Positions 1-9,524 of a stretch of 64,000 bases of DNA are shown here, piece after piece. Numbering within the stretch: the first letter of the stretch is position 1; each line of letters begins with the position of its first letter. Source of the stretch: Verrucomicrobiota bacterium (GTDB taxonomy: Bacteria; Verrucomicrobiota; Verrucomicrobiia; Limisphaerales; JBEHZA01). The notes under the pieces are model-generated. The model was not told the origin of the DNA. It worked only from the letters and a program-made list of their open reading frames with translations, and made no database searches. The position numbers were made by a program, and so were the translations under genes. The stretch is from the NCBI GenBank assembly GCA_048497895.1, contig JBEHZA010000001.1, positions 3,312 through 67,311 on the forward strand, read 5' to 3'.

Positions 1-1
1 T

Positions 2-1015
2 GCCGAAACACGGCTGATCCTGCTCGTTCCGCTGGGTAAACGCATTGATGAAAATATTCTGCGCCAGGCCGGCGTCAACGCCTGCCTGACCAAGCCCATC
101 CGCCAATCCGAACTCTACAATTCCCTTGTCAACCTGCTGAGTGCCCGCCCGGGAACAAGCACCGATTTCCTGACCCGGCCCGTCGCCAGTGAGCAGCCCG
201 CTCCAGCAGCCGCGCCACCGCCCAAGCATAAATTACGCATCCTGCTGGCCGAAGATAATCCGGTAAACCAGAAGGTAGCCGTACGCCAATTGGAAAAAAT
301 GGGTTACAGCGCGGATGTGGTCGCCAACGGCCTGGAAGTATTGTCGGCCCTGCGCCAAATGCCTTACGATATTATTTTGATGGATTGTCAGATGCCGGAA
401 ATGGACGGCTATGAAGCCACCCGGCGCATTCGCAAAGGCCAGTTGGGGGAACCGGAAGACAGTCCCACCACCCGGTTTGCCACCTCGGACCCAACGAAAA
501 TCTGCATCGTCGCCATGACCGCCAATGCCATGCAGGGCGACCGCGAAAAATGCCTGGCGTCCGGCATGAATGACTACCTTTCAAAACCGCTGAGAAAAGA
601 AGATTTGCAGGGAATTTTAGAACGCTACACGCCTCTGGATAAAATGACCGAACAACCTTCCCGCGGCGATTTGCTTAATGCCGACGTCGTGGCCGGCCTG
701 CGCGCCTTGCGCAGCAAAGATGGCTCCAATCCGCTGGTCGAAGTCATTGATCTGTTTCTGGAATTGACCCCGGTTAATCTGGTCCAGCTCCGGCAAAATT
801 ACCGGGACCGCGACGTCACCAAATTCATCCGCACCGCCCACGCCTTGAAAGGCAGTTGCGCAAACCTGGGAGCCGAACGCCTCTCGAATGCCTGTGCGGC
901 TGTCGAATCCGAAGCGGAAATGGGCATCACCCACATTACCGAGGAACGCCTGAGCTTTATCGAAAATGAGTTCCTGATCTTGAAACGGGCCCTGGAAATG
1001 GAACGCAGCCGGTAA
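2..1015 (+). CDS. Hybrid sensor kinase, C-terminal fragment (tail of one receiver, a full second receiver, Hpt domain); 5' end lies outside the window
   Basis: The frame of ORF 290..1015 stays open back to nt 2 (AETRLILLVPLGK...LTKPIRQSELY). Receiver motifs are present: RILLAEDNPVNQKV, DIILMDCQMPEMDGYE, SKPL. The Hpt motif AHALKGSCANLGA is also present. Confidence 0.85.
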   Translation, partial: AETRLILLVPLGKRIDENILRQAGVNACLTKPIRQSELYNSLVNLLSARPGTSTDFLTRPVASEQPAPAAAPPPKHKLRILLAEDNPVNQKVAVRQLEKMGYSADVVANGLEVLSALRQMPYDIILMDCQMPEMDGYEATRRIRKGQLGEPEDSPTTRFATSDPTKICIVAMTANAMQGDREKCLASGMNDYLSKPLRKEDLQGILERYTPLDKMTEQPSRGDLLNADVVAGLRALRSKDGSNPLVEVIDLFLELTPVNLVQLRQNYRDRDVTKFIRTAHALKGSCANLGAERLSNACAAVESEAEMGITHITEERLSFIENEFLILKRALEMERSR

Positions 1016-1218
1016 CTCGAACCGCTCCCGCCGCCATCCGGTTAAATAATACGTGTAAGTATTATTTAATTGCCAAACCCCTTGAGCTGTTGGATAGTCT
1101 CTTGGATTTCAACCTGTCGATTTCCGGCCTGAATTGGTCAGTGACAGGCGAATCTGTAAACATCAAAACCAAGCGCGTGGCTGAGCGGCATTTTCAAATT
1201 GTAAACGCCCTGGTAAAG

Positions 1219-2379
1219 ATGGTTGTCCGGCTGCTTTGCTGGACGGCCGGATTCTCGTTATTATTGGCTCCAGTTGAAGCCGCGTCGGTCACCGGTTCCG
1301 CCACCAAGGAAGCCTGGCCCATGTTCCGCGGCGGCCCGGAATTACTCGGGGTAACCCCTGCCCGCCTGCCTGAGAACCCAAAACTGCTCTGGTCCTTCAA
1401 AACAGCCGGACCGGTAAAATCATCCCCGGCCATCGTCAACGGCTTGGTTTATCTCGGTTCTGGCGATTCCAATGTCTTTGCATTGAACCTGGCGGATGGA
1501 AAAAAAGTCTGGTCCAGCCCGACGGAAGGAGCCATCGAATCCTCTCCGCTGGTGATCGATGACAAAGTCTTCATCGGTTCTTCGGATGGCCTCCTGTACG
1601 CGTTTAACGCCAAAGACGGAAAAGTGCTATGGAAATACAAAACCGATGACAAGATTCTGGGCGCACCGAATTGGGTTCGCTCGCCCAAGGATAACGCGAC
1701 CTGGATTCTGGCGGGCAGTTACGATTTTAAATTGCATTGCGTGGACGCCCTGACCGGCAAGGCCGTGTGGACGTTTGAGAGCGGCAATTACATCAATGGC
1801 TCTCCCGCAGCTTCTGCCGGACAAACCGTATTTGGCGGTTGCGATGCCGTGCTCCACGTCATCTCGCTCGCCGATGGTCAAAAGGTCAAAGAGATCGATG
1901 CCGGGGCCTACATTGCGGGTTCCGTCGCGTTGTCTGAAGGGCGTGCTTATTTCGGTCACTACGAAAACGAATTTCTCTGCATTGACCTCGCCGCTGAAAA
2001 ACCGGCCTGGAAATTTCATGATCGCGGCTTTCCCTATTTTTCCTCCCCGGCCATTACAACTGACCGTGTCCTGTTTGGCGGACGCGATAAACGGCTGCAC
2101 TGCGTGAAGAAAAATTCCGGCGAAGAAATTTGGGCCTTTGGCACCCGCGGCAAGGTGGATAGTTCCCCGGTCGTCGCCGGCAGCAAAGTCGTCGTCGGGT
2201 CAGACGATGGCCGGTTGTATATTGTCGGTCTGAATGACGGGAAAGAAATCTGGTCCTATGAAATCGGTCAGGCCATTGAAAGTTCGCCCGCGGTAGTCGA
2301 TGGTAGAATTGTGGTTGGCTCGGATGATGGCAGTGTTTACGCCTTTGGCGATCCGCCGGCTGCGAAGTCGAAAAATTAA
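1219..2379 (+). CDS. Secreted PQQ-like beta-propeller repeat protein (BamB/YfgL-like)
   Basis: Repeated ...SSP.V..G.V..GS.DG.LYA....DGK..W motifs. The ATG at 1219 gives a signal-peptide-like N-terminus (MVVRLLCWTAGFSLLLAPVEA). The TTG at 1090 in the ORF track is probably too far upstream. Confidence 0.8.
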   Translation: MVVRLLCWTAGFSLLLAPVEAASVTGSATKEAWPMFRGGPELLGVTPARLPENPKLLWSFKTAGPVKSSPAIVNGLVYLGSGDSNVFALNLADGKKVWSSPTEGAIESSPLVIDDKVFIGSSDGLLYAFNAKDGKVLWKYKTDDKILGAPNWVRSPKDNATWILAGSYDFKLHCVDALTGKAVWTFESGNYINGSPAASAGQTVFGGCDAVLHVISLADGQKVKEIDAGAYIAGSVALSEGRAYFGHYENEFLCIDLAAEKPAWKFHDRGFPYFSSPAITTDRVLFGGRDKRLHCVKKNSGEEIWAFGTRGKVDSSPVVAGSKVVVGSDDGRLYIVGLNDGKEIWSYEIGQAIESSPAVVDGRIVVGSDDGSVYAFGDPPAAKSKN

Positions 2380-2391
2380 TAACGTATAAGT

Positions 2392-3735
2392 ATGAGCATT
2401 CCTGCTGCCCCTGAAACTGTAAAAGCCCCGCCGTTGGAAAAGCAAACCACGGTCGGCAATTACTTCGTTTCAAATTATCCGCCCTTCTCTTTCTGGCAAA
2501 CCGATAAGGTGAATGAACTGGCGGCCGCTCTGGAACGCCCGCCCAAACCCGGCACTGATTTAGGAATTTACCTGCACATTCCGTTCTGCCGGAAGCGCTG
2601 CCACTTTTGTTACTTCCGCGTTTACACGGACAAGGATTCTTCGGAAATCCGCGCTTATCTCGACGCCGCGATCAGCGAACTCAAGCTTTACGCGAACAAG
2701 CCTTTCATCGGCGGACGCAAGCCCAGCTTTGTTTATTTCGGCGGCGGCACACCTTCCTATCTCTCGGTGGATCAACTGAAATATCTCACCGATAACATGA
2801 AAGCCCTGCTCCCCTGGGATCAGGTGGATGAAGTGACCTTCGAATGCGAGCCGGGCACGCTGACCGATCATAAGCTCAAAGCCATCCGTGAAATGGGAGT
2901 CACGCGGTTGAGCCTGGGCGTGGAAAACTTCAGCGATCACATTCTGGAAATCAATGGCCGGGCGCATCGCAGCAAGGAAATTGCCCGCGCTTACGGTTAT
3001 GCCCGCGAGCTGGGCTTCCCGCAGATCAATATTGATCTCATTGCCGGCATGGTGGAGGAGACGGAGGAAAACTGGCGCGATTGCGTGCGCAAGACCATTG
3101 AGATGTCGCCGGACAGCGTCACCATTTACCAGATGGAAGTGCCGTACAATACCGGCATCTATAAACAGATGAAAGCCGAGGGCAAACTGGTCGCACCGGT
3201 GGCCGATTGGGAAACCAAACGCGCCTGGGTCAGCTATGCTTTCGCGGAATTGGAAAAAGCCGGTTACAAAATCGGCAGTGCCTATACGGCAATCAAAGAT
3301 CCGAGCAAAACCAAATTCCTGTATCGTGACCGGTTGTGGGCGGGAGCGGATTTGCTGTCGCTCGGCGTGGCCTCCTTCGGCCACATCGGCGGGGTGCATT
3401 ATCAGAATAATCACGATTTCGCTCCGTACCTGGAGCGTATTCAGAAGGGCGAATTGCCCATCCACCGGGCGCTGACGCCCACGGATGAAGAACGCTTGAT
3501 CCGGGAAGTCATTCTGCAAATCAAACTGGGCCGCATTTCCCGCGCCTATTATCAGAAAAAATTCGGCGTCGATATCTGCGAGAAATTTGCGGTGCCCATG
3601 AACACGTTGAAGAACTGGGGCTACCTGACGATCGAGGGCGATGAAATCCGCTTGAACCGCGATGGCCTGCTGCAAGTGGACGTTCTGCTCCATGAGTTCT
3701 TCCTGCCGCAACACCTGCATGCCCGCTACGCTTAA
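2392..3735 (+). CDS. Radical SAM protein, oxygen-independent coproporphyrinogen-III oxidase (HemN)-like family
   Basis: CRKRCHFC (CxxxCxxC), the GGGTPS motif, an N-terminal NYPPFSFW, and about 447 aa as in HemN-like proteins. Confidence 0.8.
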   Translation: MSIPAAPETVKAPPLEKQTTVGNYFVSNYPPFSFWQTDKVNELAAALERPPKPGTDLGIYLHIPFCRKRCHFCYFRVYTDKDSSEIRAYLDAAISELKLYANKPFIGGRKPSFVYFGGGTPSYLSVDQLKYLTDNMKALLPWDQVDEVTFECEPGTLTDHKLKAIREMGVTRLSLGVENFSDHILEINGRAHRSKEIARAYGYARELGFPQINIDLIAGMVEETEENWRDCVRKTIEMSPDSVTIYQMEVPYNTGIYKQMKAEGKLVAPVADWETKRAWVSYAFAELEKAGYKIGSAYTAIKDPSKTKFLYRDRLWAGADLLSLGVASFGHIGGVHYQNNHDFAPYLERIQKGELPIHRALTPTDEERLIREVILQIKLGRISRAYYQKKFGVDICEKFAVPMNTLKNWGYLTIEGDEIRLNRDGLLQVDVLLHEFFLPQHLHARYA

Positions 3736-3759
3736 GCCAACCTCAAGCCATTGACGTAA

Positions 3760-4332
3760 ATGTCCACTCCCGTCACTACCAACCCCGGACCGGCTGCTGC
3801 CACTTTCTCGGCGGCATATCCGCTGGATGAGTTTTATGCCCAGGCCGGTTTAACCCTGCCGCCGTTGCAACAGATTGACGGCGAAGCCGTGCCGGAACCG
3901 TTCAAACACCTGCTGGTGCATCTGGATGATATGACGCCGACGCTGGAAAAATTCCACAAAGGCACGATTCATATTCAGGTCCTCTCCAGCCGCCGGACGC
4001 AGAACGCTTATTTCCGCGAAGTGGTGCTGTTGCTGGATGGCAGCAATAAGCCGGTGGAATTCGGCGCCATTAAAATCAATCTGGAACTCTTTCCCGAAAA
4101 AGCCCGCCAATTGATTTTGGAAGAGCATCTGCCGCTCGGTCATATTTTAGGCGAGCACACCATTAAACACTCCAGCCAGCCCAAGGCTTATTTCCGCGTC
4201 GCTTCGGACAAACGGATTAATGCCGCTTTCAAATTGGCGGGCGCTCACATTCTCTTTGGCCGGCGCAATACCCATTTCAATCCGCAGGGATTGCCCATGG
4301 CGGAGATCGTGGAAATTCTGCCTCCTGCTTGA
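3760..4332 (+). CDS. Chorismate lyase (UbiC/DUF98)-like protein
   Basis: By eye it aligns to E. coli UbiC blocks: LLVHLDDMTPTLEK vs LLLEDSMTKRFEQ, YFREVVLLLDG vs YWLREILLCADG, PLGHIL vs PLGRYL, and FGRRN...EIVEILPP vs WGRRS...LTELFLP. Confidence 0.55.
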   Translation: MSTPVTTNPGPAAATFSAAYPLDEFYAQAGLTLPPLQQIDGEAVPEPFKHLLVHLDDMTPTLEKFHKGTIHIQVLSSRRTQNAYFREVVLLLDGSNKPVEFGAIKINLELFPEKARQLILEEHLPLGHILGEHTIKHSSQPKAYFRVASDKRINAAFKLAGAHILFGRRNTHFNPQGLPMAEIVEILPPA

Positions 4333-4417
4333 GCACAACCCGCGGCCAGCGTAGAGTCGTCTCGCTGTGTCCTTGCGGGCACAGTTCAACGATGCAACTG
4401 TTTAAAGCAGCCCACGC

Positions 4418-5716
4418 ATGAACATTGTCCAGATTACTCCCGGCGCGGGTGGCATGTATTGCGGCAACTGTTTCCGCGATAATGCCATGGTCGCGGCTTT
4501 GCGGAAAATGGGACATTCCACGCTCATGGTTCCGCTGTATCTGCCCATGACGCTGGATGAGCAGAACCACAGTGAAGGAGTGCCGATTTTCTTCGGCGGA
4601 GTGAATGTTTATCTGGAACAAAAATCCGCTTTTTTCCGGCATGCCCCCGCCTGGCTGCATAAGTTGTTGGATTCACCCGGCCTGCTCAAATGGGCTTCCG
4701 GTCGTGCCGCCAAAACCCGCGCCGAAGAAGTGGGAGACATCGCCATCTCGATGTTGCGCGGTGAAGCGGGTCATCAGGCCCGCGAACTGGATGAACTCAT
4801 TCAATGGCTCAAACAGCAGGAACATCCGGATGTCATCTGCTTATCCAACGCCCTGCTCATTGGTATGGCGCGCCGGCTCAAAAGCGAACTGCGTTCCACC
4901 GTCGTTTGCATGTTGCAAGGCGAAGATTCATTTCTCGACAGCATGCCGGAGCCGACCCGCTCGGAAGCCTGGAAGACGATGTCGGAACGGGCTCAGGATG
5001 CGGATGGATTTATTGCCCCCAGCCGGTACTTCGGTGATTTGATGCAACGCCGGATGGGCTTGCCCGCAGATAAGGTGCAGGTGGTGCATAACGGAATCAA
5101 TCTCGAAGGTTATACCGATGGCATTGCGCCCACGAACCCGCCCGTGCTCGGTTACTTCGCCCGGATGTGCCGCGAAAAGGGACTGGACACACTGGTCGAA
5201 GCCTTTCTGATTTTAAAGACGGGGAACCGTGTGCCCGGTTTGAAATTGCGCATCGGCGGCGGTTGCGGCCCGGGAGATGAACCGTTTGTCCGTCAGTTGC
5301 GGGACCATCTTCAAGCCCGCGGCTGGCTGTCGGACGTTGAATTTCATCCAAACCTGACACGCACGCAAAAGTTGGAATTTCTCCGTTCGCTCACCGTCAT
5401 GTCGGTGCCGGCCTTGTATGGAGAAGCCTTTGGCCTCTACCTGATCGAAGCGCTGGCTTCGGGAGTTCCGGTGGTGCAACCCCACACAGCAGCCTTTCCG
5501 GAATTGATCATGAGCACCGGAGGCGGTTTAACCTGCGAGCCGGGAAATCCCAAAGCTCTGGCCGATGCTTTGGAGAAAATATTGATGGACCACGAACTCC
5601 GCCGCCAGTTGCGCGAAACCGGACGCCGGAACGTGCTCGAACATTATCACGTGGAAGCAATGACCGGAAAGATCGTCCAGGCGTTTGAAAAAATCTCCCA
5701 GGCCGGCTCCCGGTAA
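4418..5716 (+). CDS. Glycosyltransferase, GT4 (GT-B fold) family
   Basis: The C-terminal EAFGLYLIEALASGVPVV block carries the E-x7-E signature. Length is about 430 aa. Confidence 0.8.
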   Translation: MNIVQITPGAGGMYCGNCFRDNAMVAALRKMGHSTLMVPLYLPMTLDEQNHSEGVPIFFGGVNVYLEQKSAFFRHAPAWLHKLLDSPGLLKWASGRAAKTRAEEVGDIAISMLRGEAGHQARELDELIQWLKQQEHPDVICLSNALLIGMARRLKSELRSTVVCMLQGEDSFLDSMPEPTRSEAWKTMSERAQDADGFIAPSRYFGDLMQRRMGLPADKVQVVHNGINLEGYTDGIAPTNPPVLGYFARMCREKGLDTLVEAFLILKTGNRVPGLKLRIGGGCGPGDEPFVRQLRDHLQARGWLSDVEFHPNLTRTQKLEFLRSLTVMSVPALYGEAFGLYLIEALASGVPVVQPHTAAFPELIMSTGGGLTCEPGNPKALADALEKILMDHELRRQLRETGRRNVLEHYHVEAMTGKIVQAFEKISQAGSR

Positions 5717-5764
5717 ACGGCTTTTGCATCGTCAAACCGCAATTGATAAGCTAATCTTTTCAAC

Positions 5765-6208
5765 ATGGCCTACGAATTCAAAGTAACGCGGCGGGTGGAG
5801 TTTTCCGAAACCGACATGGCCGGGATCGTGCATTACTCCAATTTCTTCCGGTACATGGAAACCGCCGAGCACGCTTTTTACCGTTCCCTCGGTTTTTCCG
5901 TGGTGACGGATCAATTTGAAACACCGATCGGCTGGCCACGCGTTCACGCTGAATGCGATTATAAACGACCGCTCCGCTTTGAAGACGAAGTGGAAATTCA
6001 ATTGCTGGTGGCGGAAAAACGCACCCGCTCGTTGAAATTGCTGTTCAAGTTCTGGAAAAAGAATGTCACTCCCCTGGAAGAGGTTGCGCGCGGACATCTA
6101 GTCGTCGTGTGCGTCACTCATGCGGAAAAAGGCAAAATGGTCGCGGTTGAAATCCCGCGCGAAATTACCGAAAAGATCGAAGTCGCTCCCGCCGAATTGC
6201 TTCAGTAA
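5765..6208 (+). CDS. Hotdog-fold acyl-CoA thioesterase, 4-hydroxybenzoyl-CoA thioesterase/YbgC family
   Basis: The N-terminal block RVEFSETDMAGIVHYSNFFRYME is typical of the 4HBT family. Length is about 147 aa. Confidence 0.8.
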   Translation: MAYEFKVTRRVEFSETDMAGIVHYSNFFRYMETAEHAFYRSLGFSVVTDQFETPIGWPRVHAECDYKRPLRFEDEVEIQLLVAEKRTRSLKLLFKFWKKNVTPLEEVARGHLVVVCVTHAEKGKMVAVEIPREITEKIEVAPAELLQ

Positions 6209-6224
6209 GACAGTTTTTAAATTG

Positions 6225-6243
6225 GAAACCGCAGAGCGGTTTT
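6225..6243 (+). terminator. Hairpin 17 nt downstream of the thioesterase stop codon
   Basis: gaaaccgc-aga-gcggtttc gives an 8-bp stem and a 3-nt loop. The T residues lie inside the stem rather than trailing it, so this is only a weak intrinsic-terminator candidate. Confidence 0.35.
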
Positions 6244-6560
6244 CAGTTCCATAACAAGCTCTCCCTTTTGCCTTCGCTACCGCTCGAATTGAACTTTTGC
6301 GCGCGGTCTATAAAAAAATTACAAACTTTGTCTCTTCACTCCGGTCTAAACTAATACTGCAACTCAGCAGACTTCGGCACAACAAAGTGCCTGCTTAATT
6401 GGACCAGGATTGACGTCGATTCATTCCCACGTCCGCGCAGAGCAAGTATTTTCCGAAAACGAGCCGCCCACACTTGACGAATCGAGATTATGCCCGATGT
6501 TGAAACATCGCTTCCACCAGTTAATAAACGCAATTATTGTCTCTAAAAATATTTTCACCC

Positions 6561-7145
6561 ATGAATTCTTGGCTCACCAAATCGGGAGCAAGGGGGAATC
6601 AAATAAATCGTCACCGTCCGAATCCGTGCGAAGTTGTCATTGTTTACGAAAACACGCAGGCCCAGTGCCAACTGATGCAAGCGTGTGACCTGCTGGTCAA
6701 AAAACTCTGGACCGAGCGGGAATTTAAATTTCAATGGTGGAAATTTGCCCACTTTACCGACCCGTTAATCGCCAAAGTGGCAGCGACTACAGCCAGCAGC
6801 GCGGATCTGATTATTTTCTCTGCGGAAGCGAAGGACAATTTTTCCGATTCAATGACCGGGTGGATTGAAAGCTGGCTGCCACAACGGACCAAATGCGGCA
6901 CCCTTACCACGCTTTTCACTCAAAATTTTCCACCCGCCGCCTTTTCCACTCTAAAGCATCAATATCTGATGAAGCTCGCCCGCAGCGCTGGAATGGATTA
7001 CCACTCTCAAATGCTTCCCTCACAGGCGGAAGCCATTGAAGCTTCGCTGGAAATCATTTTGAAACGCCCGGACGCTTTAGCCCACATCGTTAAAGAGATT
7101 CTCGATCACGATCCGTGCCTGCGACGCTGGGGCATTAACGATTAA
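6561..7145 (+). CDS. Hypothetical protein, paralog of 24809..25378; C-terminus is RRWGIND
   Basis: ORF with an ATG at 6561 (the track start at 6537 is a TTG). It shares blocks with the other copy: V/FxxYE, WKF, ADL[IV]I.S, W...W and the terminal RRWGIN[DE]. Confidence 0.6.
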   Translation: MNSWLTKSGARGNQINRHRPNPCEVVIVYENTQAQCQLMQACDLLVKKLWTEREFKFQWWKFAHFTDPLIAKVAATTASSADLIIFSAEAKDNFSDSMTGWIESWLPQRTKCGTLTTLFTQNFPPAAFSTLKHQYLMKLARSAGMDYHSQMLPSQAEAIEASLEIILKRPDALAHIVKEILDHDPCLRRWGIND

Positions 7146-7155
7146 AGTGTGTCAA

Positions 7156-8388
7156 CTATTCCAGGACCGATTCGGCCATCGCGGTGATCAATCCAGAACC
7201 ATAGGCCTGACGTTCTTCGTACGTGGGTCGATGCCCGATTTTTTTGCTCGTGCCAATGCGCAACTCCATCAGCATCACCGGAATCTTTTTCTCCGGATAG
7301 AGTGAATTAGTATCCGTCGCGGGAACCTTTCTAGTCTTCAGCGGACTCGAAGGATCGAAGATCGTTTGCGCATTCAATTTATCAAAAAATCGCTGCATTA
7401 CGGCCAGCACCGCCGAGTCATCGGCCTGCGTGTCCACGTATTCATTCGTCTCCGTATTATGCAGATTGACCATCAAGTGAATCGGGTGCCCGGCATCGAC
7501 GTAACCCAAAATCGCCTTCTTCGCGTACCAAATCTCCGGCATGCGCTCCAGCAACTCCTTGCTCCGCAAATCCATTTCCGCCCAATGCCGGTTCACGTCA
7601 TAGCCGTTGCCATTAAAACGAATCTTGCCGTTGGCACAACCATCCGGGTCCACCATCGGCGTAAATTTGAAAACGATTTTATCCCGCAACGTTTTCGCTT
7701 TCGGATCATCGGAAATTACAAAACGCAAGGCCCCTTCCATGGCGAAAGAAGTGCCGGATTCCCAGGCATGTTGCCGCGCCTGCAACCAAACGGTTTTCTT
7801 TTGCGCATCGGGAATGGCGGGATTGGTGACCGTGACCATGTGCAGATCCCGGCCTTGCACCGTTTTACCAATGACCTCCACTCGCGCCAAAGGCGATTGA
7901 TCCACTTCCCGCAAGAATCTCAATAACCGCTCGTGCGTGTAGGGAACCTGGTGCGCGATCCAAATCTGGTTTTGCTCCGCTTTAAATTTAAGCGTGGCTT
8001 CTTTCTTCGTGTTATCCCAATCCATGGCGGAGAAAAACTGCCAGTGTTCATTGTCATAACTGAACACCGGACGGATATCCGCGTTCATGGCACACGCCCC
8101 CGGCTTGTCATTATATTCGCCAACAAAATCGGTAAACGTGAGCGACACCTCGCGATTCAACACGTTCTCCATGCGGAAATAGAACCAACTGACCTGCCGG
8201 TTCCGTCCGCGTTCATCATACTGCCCCTCAACGAAGCAACGAAAAGTGGTGGCATCCGCCTTTTCGATTTTGCCAATGGTGCCGCCCTGAAAACTCTGAT
8301 TGAAGGTAATCGCCGGCTGATCTTGCGCGAACGCTTGAAGAACCAGTACTCCGGTGAATAACAGCGGCAGGAAGCGTCTTGGAAACAT
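7156..8388 (-). CDS. Secreted M14-family zinc carboxypeptidase-like protein
   Basis: Signal peptide MFPRRFLPLLFTGVLVLQAFA, HAWESGTS (the HxxE zinc motif), and later NRHW and NLH blocks. Confidence 0.7.
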   Translation of the reverse strand: MFPRRFLPLLFTGVLVLQAFAQDQPAITFNQSFQGGTIGKIEKADATTFRCFVEGQYDERGRNRQVSWFYFRMENVLNREVSLTFTDFVGEYNDKPGACAMNADIRPVFSYDNEHWQFFSAMDWDNTKKEATLKFKAEQNQIWIAHQVPYTHERLLRFLREVDQSPLARVEVIGKTVQGRDLHMVTVTNPAIPDAQKKTVWLQARQHAWESGTSFAMEGALRFVISDDPKAKTLRDKIVFKFTPMVDPDGCANGKIRFNGNGYDVNRHWAEMDLRSKELLERMPEIWYAKKAILGYVDAGHPIHLMVNLHNTETNEYVDTQADDSAVLAVMQRFFDKLNAQTIFDPSSPLKTRKVPATDTNSLYPEKKIPVMLMELRIGTSKKIGHRPTYEERQAYGSGLITAMAESVLE

Positions 8389-8475
8389 GCCGGAATTATA
8401 GAGCGCGGCCCAATCCGGGCAAGCCCGTAAGAAAACGAATTTGACTCAGCTTCCAGCCGTTTTACTAAACCGCGC

Positions 8476-9519
8476 CTATTTCTTTGGGTTTTTAGCGCGA
8501 TACTCGTTCACCAGCGCCTGGACTTCATCGAATGTTTCTGTCGGCACAGCTTTGCCGCGAATCTGGGGATATACATCCGCCGCAAATTTCTGCCATTCCG
8601 CCTGCAATTCAGGGCTCAGCTTTTGAACCTTTAACCCATGCTTTTCCATGGCTTCGACGGATTCAACACTCTCCGCGCGGCTGCGCTGCTTGATCTGTGC
8701 GCCAGCTTCTTCGGCAGCCTTCAGCAAGGCGGGCTTTTGAGCTTCCGGAATGGCGTCCCAGGCTTTTTTAGTAATCACCGTGGCCCCCACCAGCGGAACC
8801 CAGTTCACTTCCAGCATATTCGGCGCGGGATTGAAGAACTGCCCGGCCAACGCGTAAAAGGGCACCGAAGGCACACAATCAATCTGCCCGGTTTGCAGGC
8901 CCGGCAACACATCGGTCTGTTCCAGCGGCACGGCGTTAATCCCGATCGTTTTCATGATCTCCACCGAACGTCCGTCCCCTGACCAAACGAACATTTTCAT
9001 CCGTTTGAAATCCTCCGGATGCAAACCGGGTTGTTTGGAAAAAAACCGCACCCAACCGGCATCTCCCCAAAACAGAACCACGAAGCCTTTTTCTAAAAAC
9101 TTCTTCTCCAACCCCGGCCGGAGTTTGGCGTGGACATAATCAAACTCCTCCAGCGAATGAAACATCATCGGCATCAGTTGCAACGCCCGCACGGAATCTT
9201 CAATCTGCGACAGTCCGGAGACCGAAAGCAAGGCACCTTGAATCTGCCCCACGCGCATACGCCGGACCATGTCCGCTTCTCCGCCCATGGTGCCATCCGC
9301 GTAAACGGTCAGGGTTACATTGCCACCGGAGGACTGGCGCCATTTCTCACCCATGCCCATCAAACTCTTGTGAAACGATGAGTCTTTGGGAACCAGGGTG
9401 GCCAATCGCACCTTGGTCGGGCTCTGCGCCCGGGCCACACCCGGCAGTAAAACCACACCCATCATTGCCAGCGCAACCAGTGCGGTCAGGCGTTTCCAAG
9501 TTATGAATCCCTTTGCCAT
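8476..9519 (-). CDS. TRAP-type transporter substrate-binding protein (DctP/TatP-like)
   Basis: Signal peptide and DctP-like length and blocks (...LATLVPKDSSFHK..., MFVWSGD...). Confidence 0.75.
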   Translation of the reverse strand: MAKGFITWKRLTALVALAMMGVVLLPGVARAQSPTKVRLATLVPKDSSFHKSLMGMGEKWRQSSGGNVTLTVYADGTMGGEADMVRRMRVGQIQGALLSVSGLSQIEDSVRALQLMPMMFHSLEEFDYVHAKLRPGLEKKFLEKGFVVLFWGDAGWVRFFSKQPGLHPEDFKRMKMFVWSGDGRSVEIMKTIGINAVPLEQTDVLPGLQTGQIDCVPSVPFYALAGQFFNPAPNMLEVNWVPLVGATVITKKAWDAIPEAQKPALLKAAEEAGAQIKQRSRAESVESVEAMEKHGLKVQKLSPELQAEWQKFAADVYPQIRGKAVPTETFDEVQALVNEYRAKNPKK

Positions 9520-9524
9520 AATAT

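Noticed and set aside
1090-1218. Upstream TTG start for the beta-propeller protein, and similar TTG/GTG-extended starts at 6537, 23244, 47260, 48335 and 54645
   Set aside because: Internal ATGs give proper signal peptides or family-typical N-termini and remove overlaps with neighbouring genes. The extensions show no conserved features.
2560-3720. A 386-aa antisense ORF opposite the HemN-like gene, and similar long antisense ORFs such as 10312..11175 and 25595..26305
   Set aside because: The sense-strand genes have clear family motifs. The antisense translations are low-complexity with no motifs, as is typical of shadow ORFs in GC-rich coding DNA.
6209-6560. Small ORFs (6351..6533 on the minus strand, 6410..6688 on the plus strand) in the long leader of the first RRWGIND gene
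   Set aside because: They are short and mutually overlapping, with no motifs and atypical composition. I treat the region as non-coding leader.
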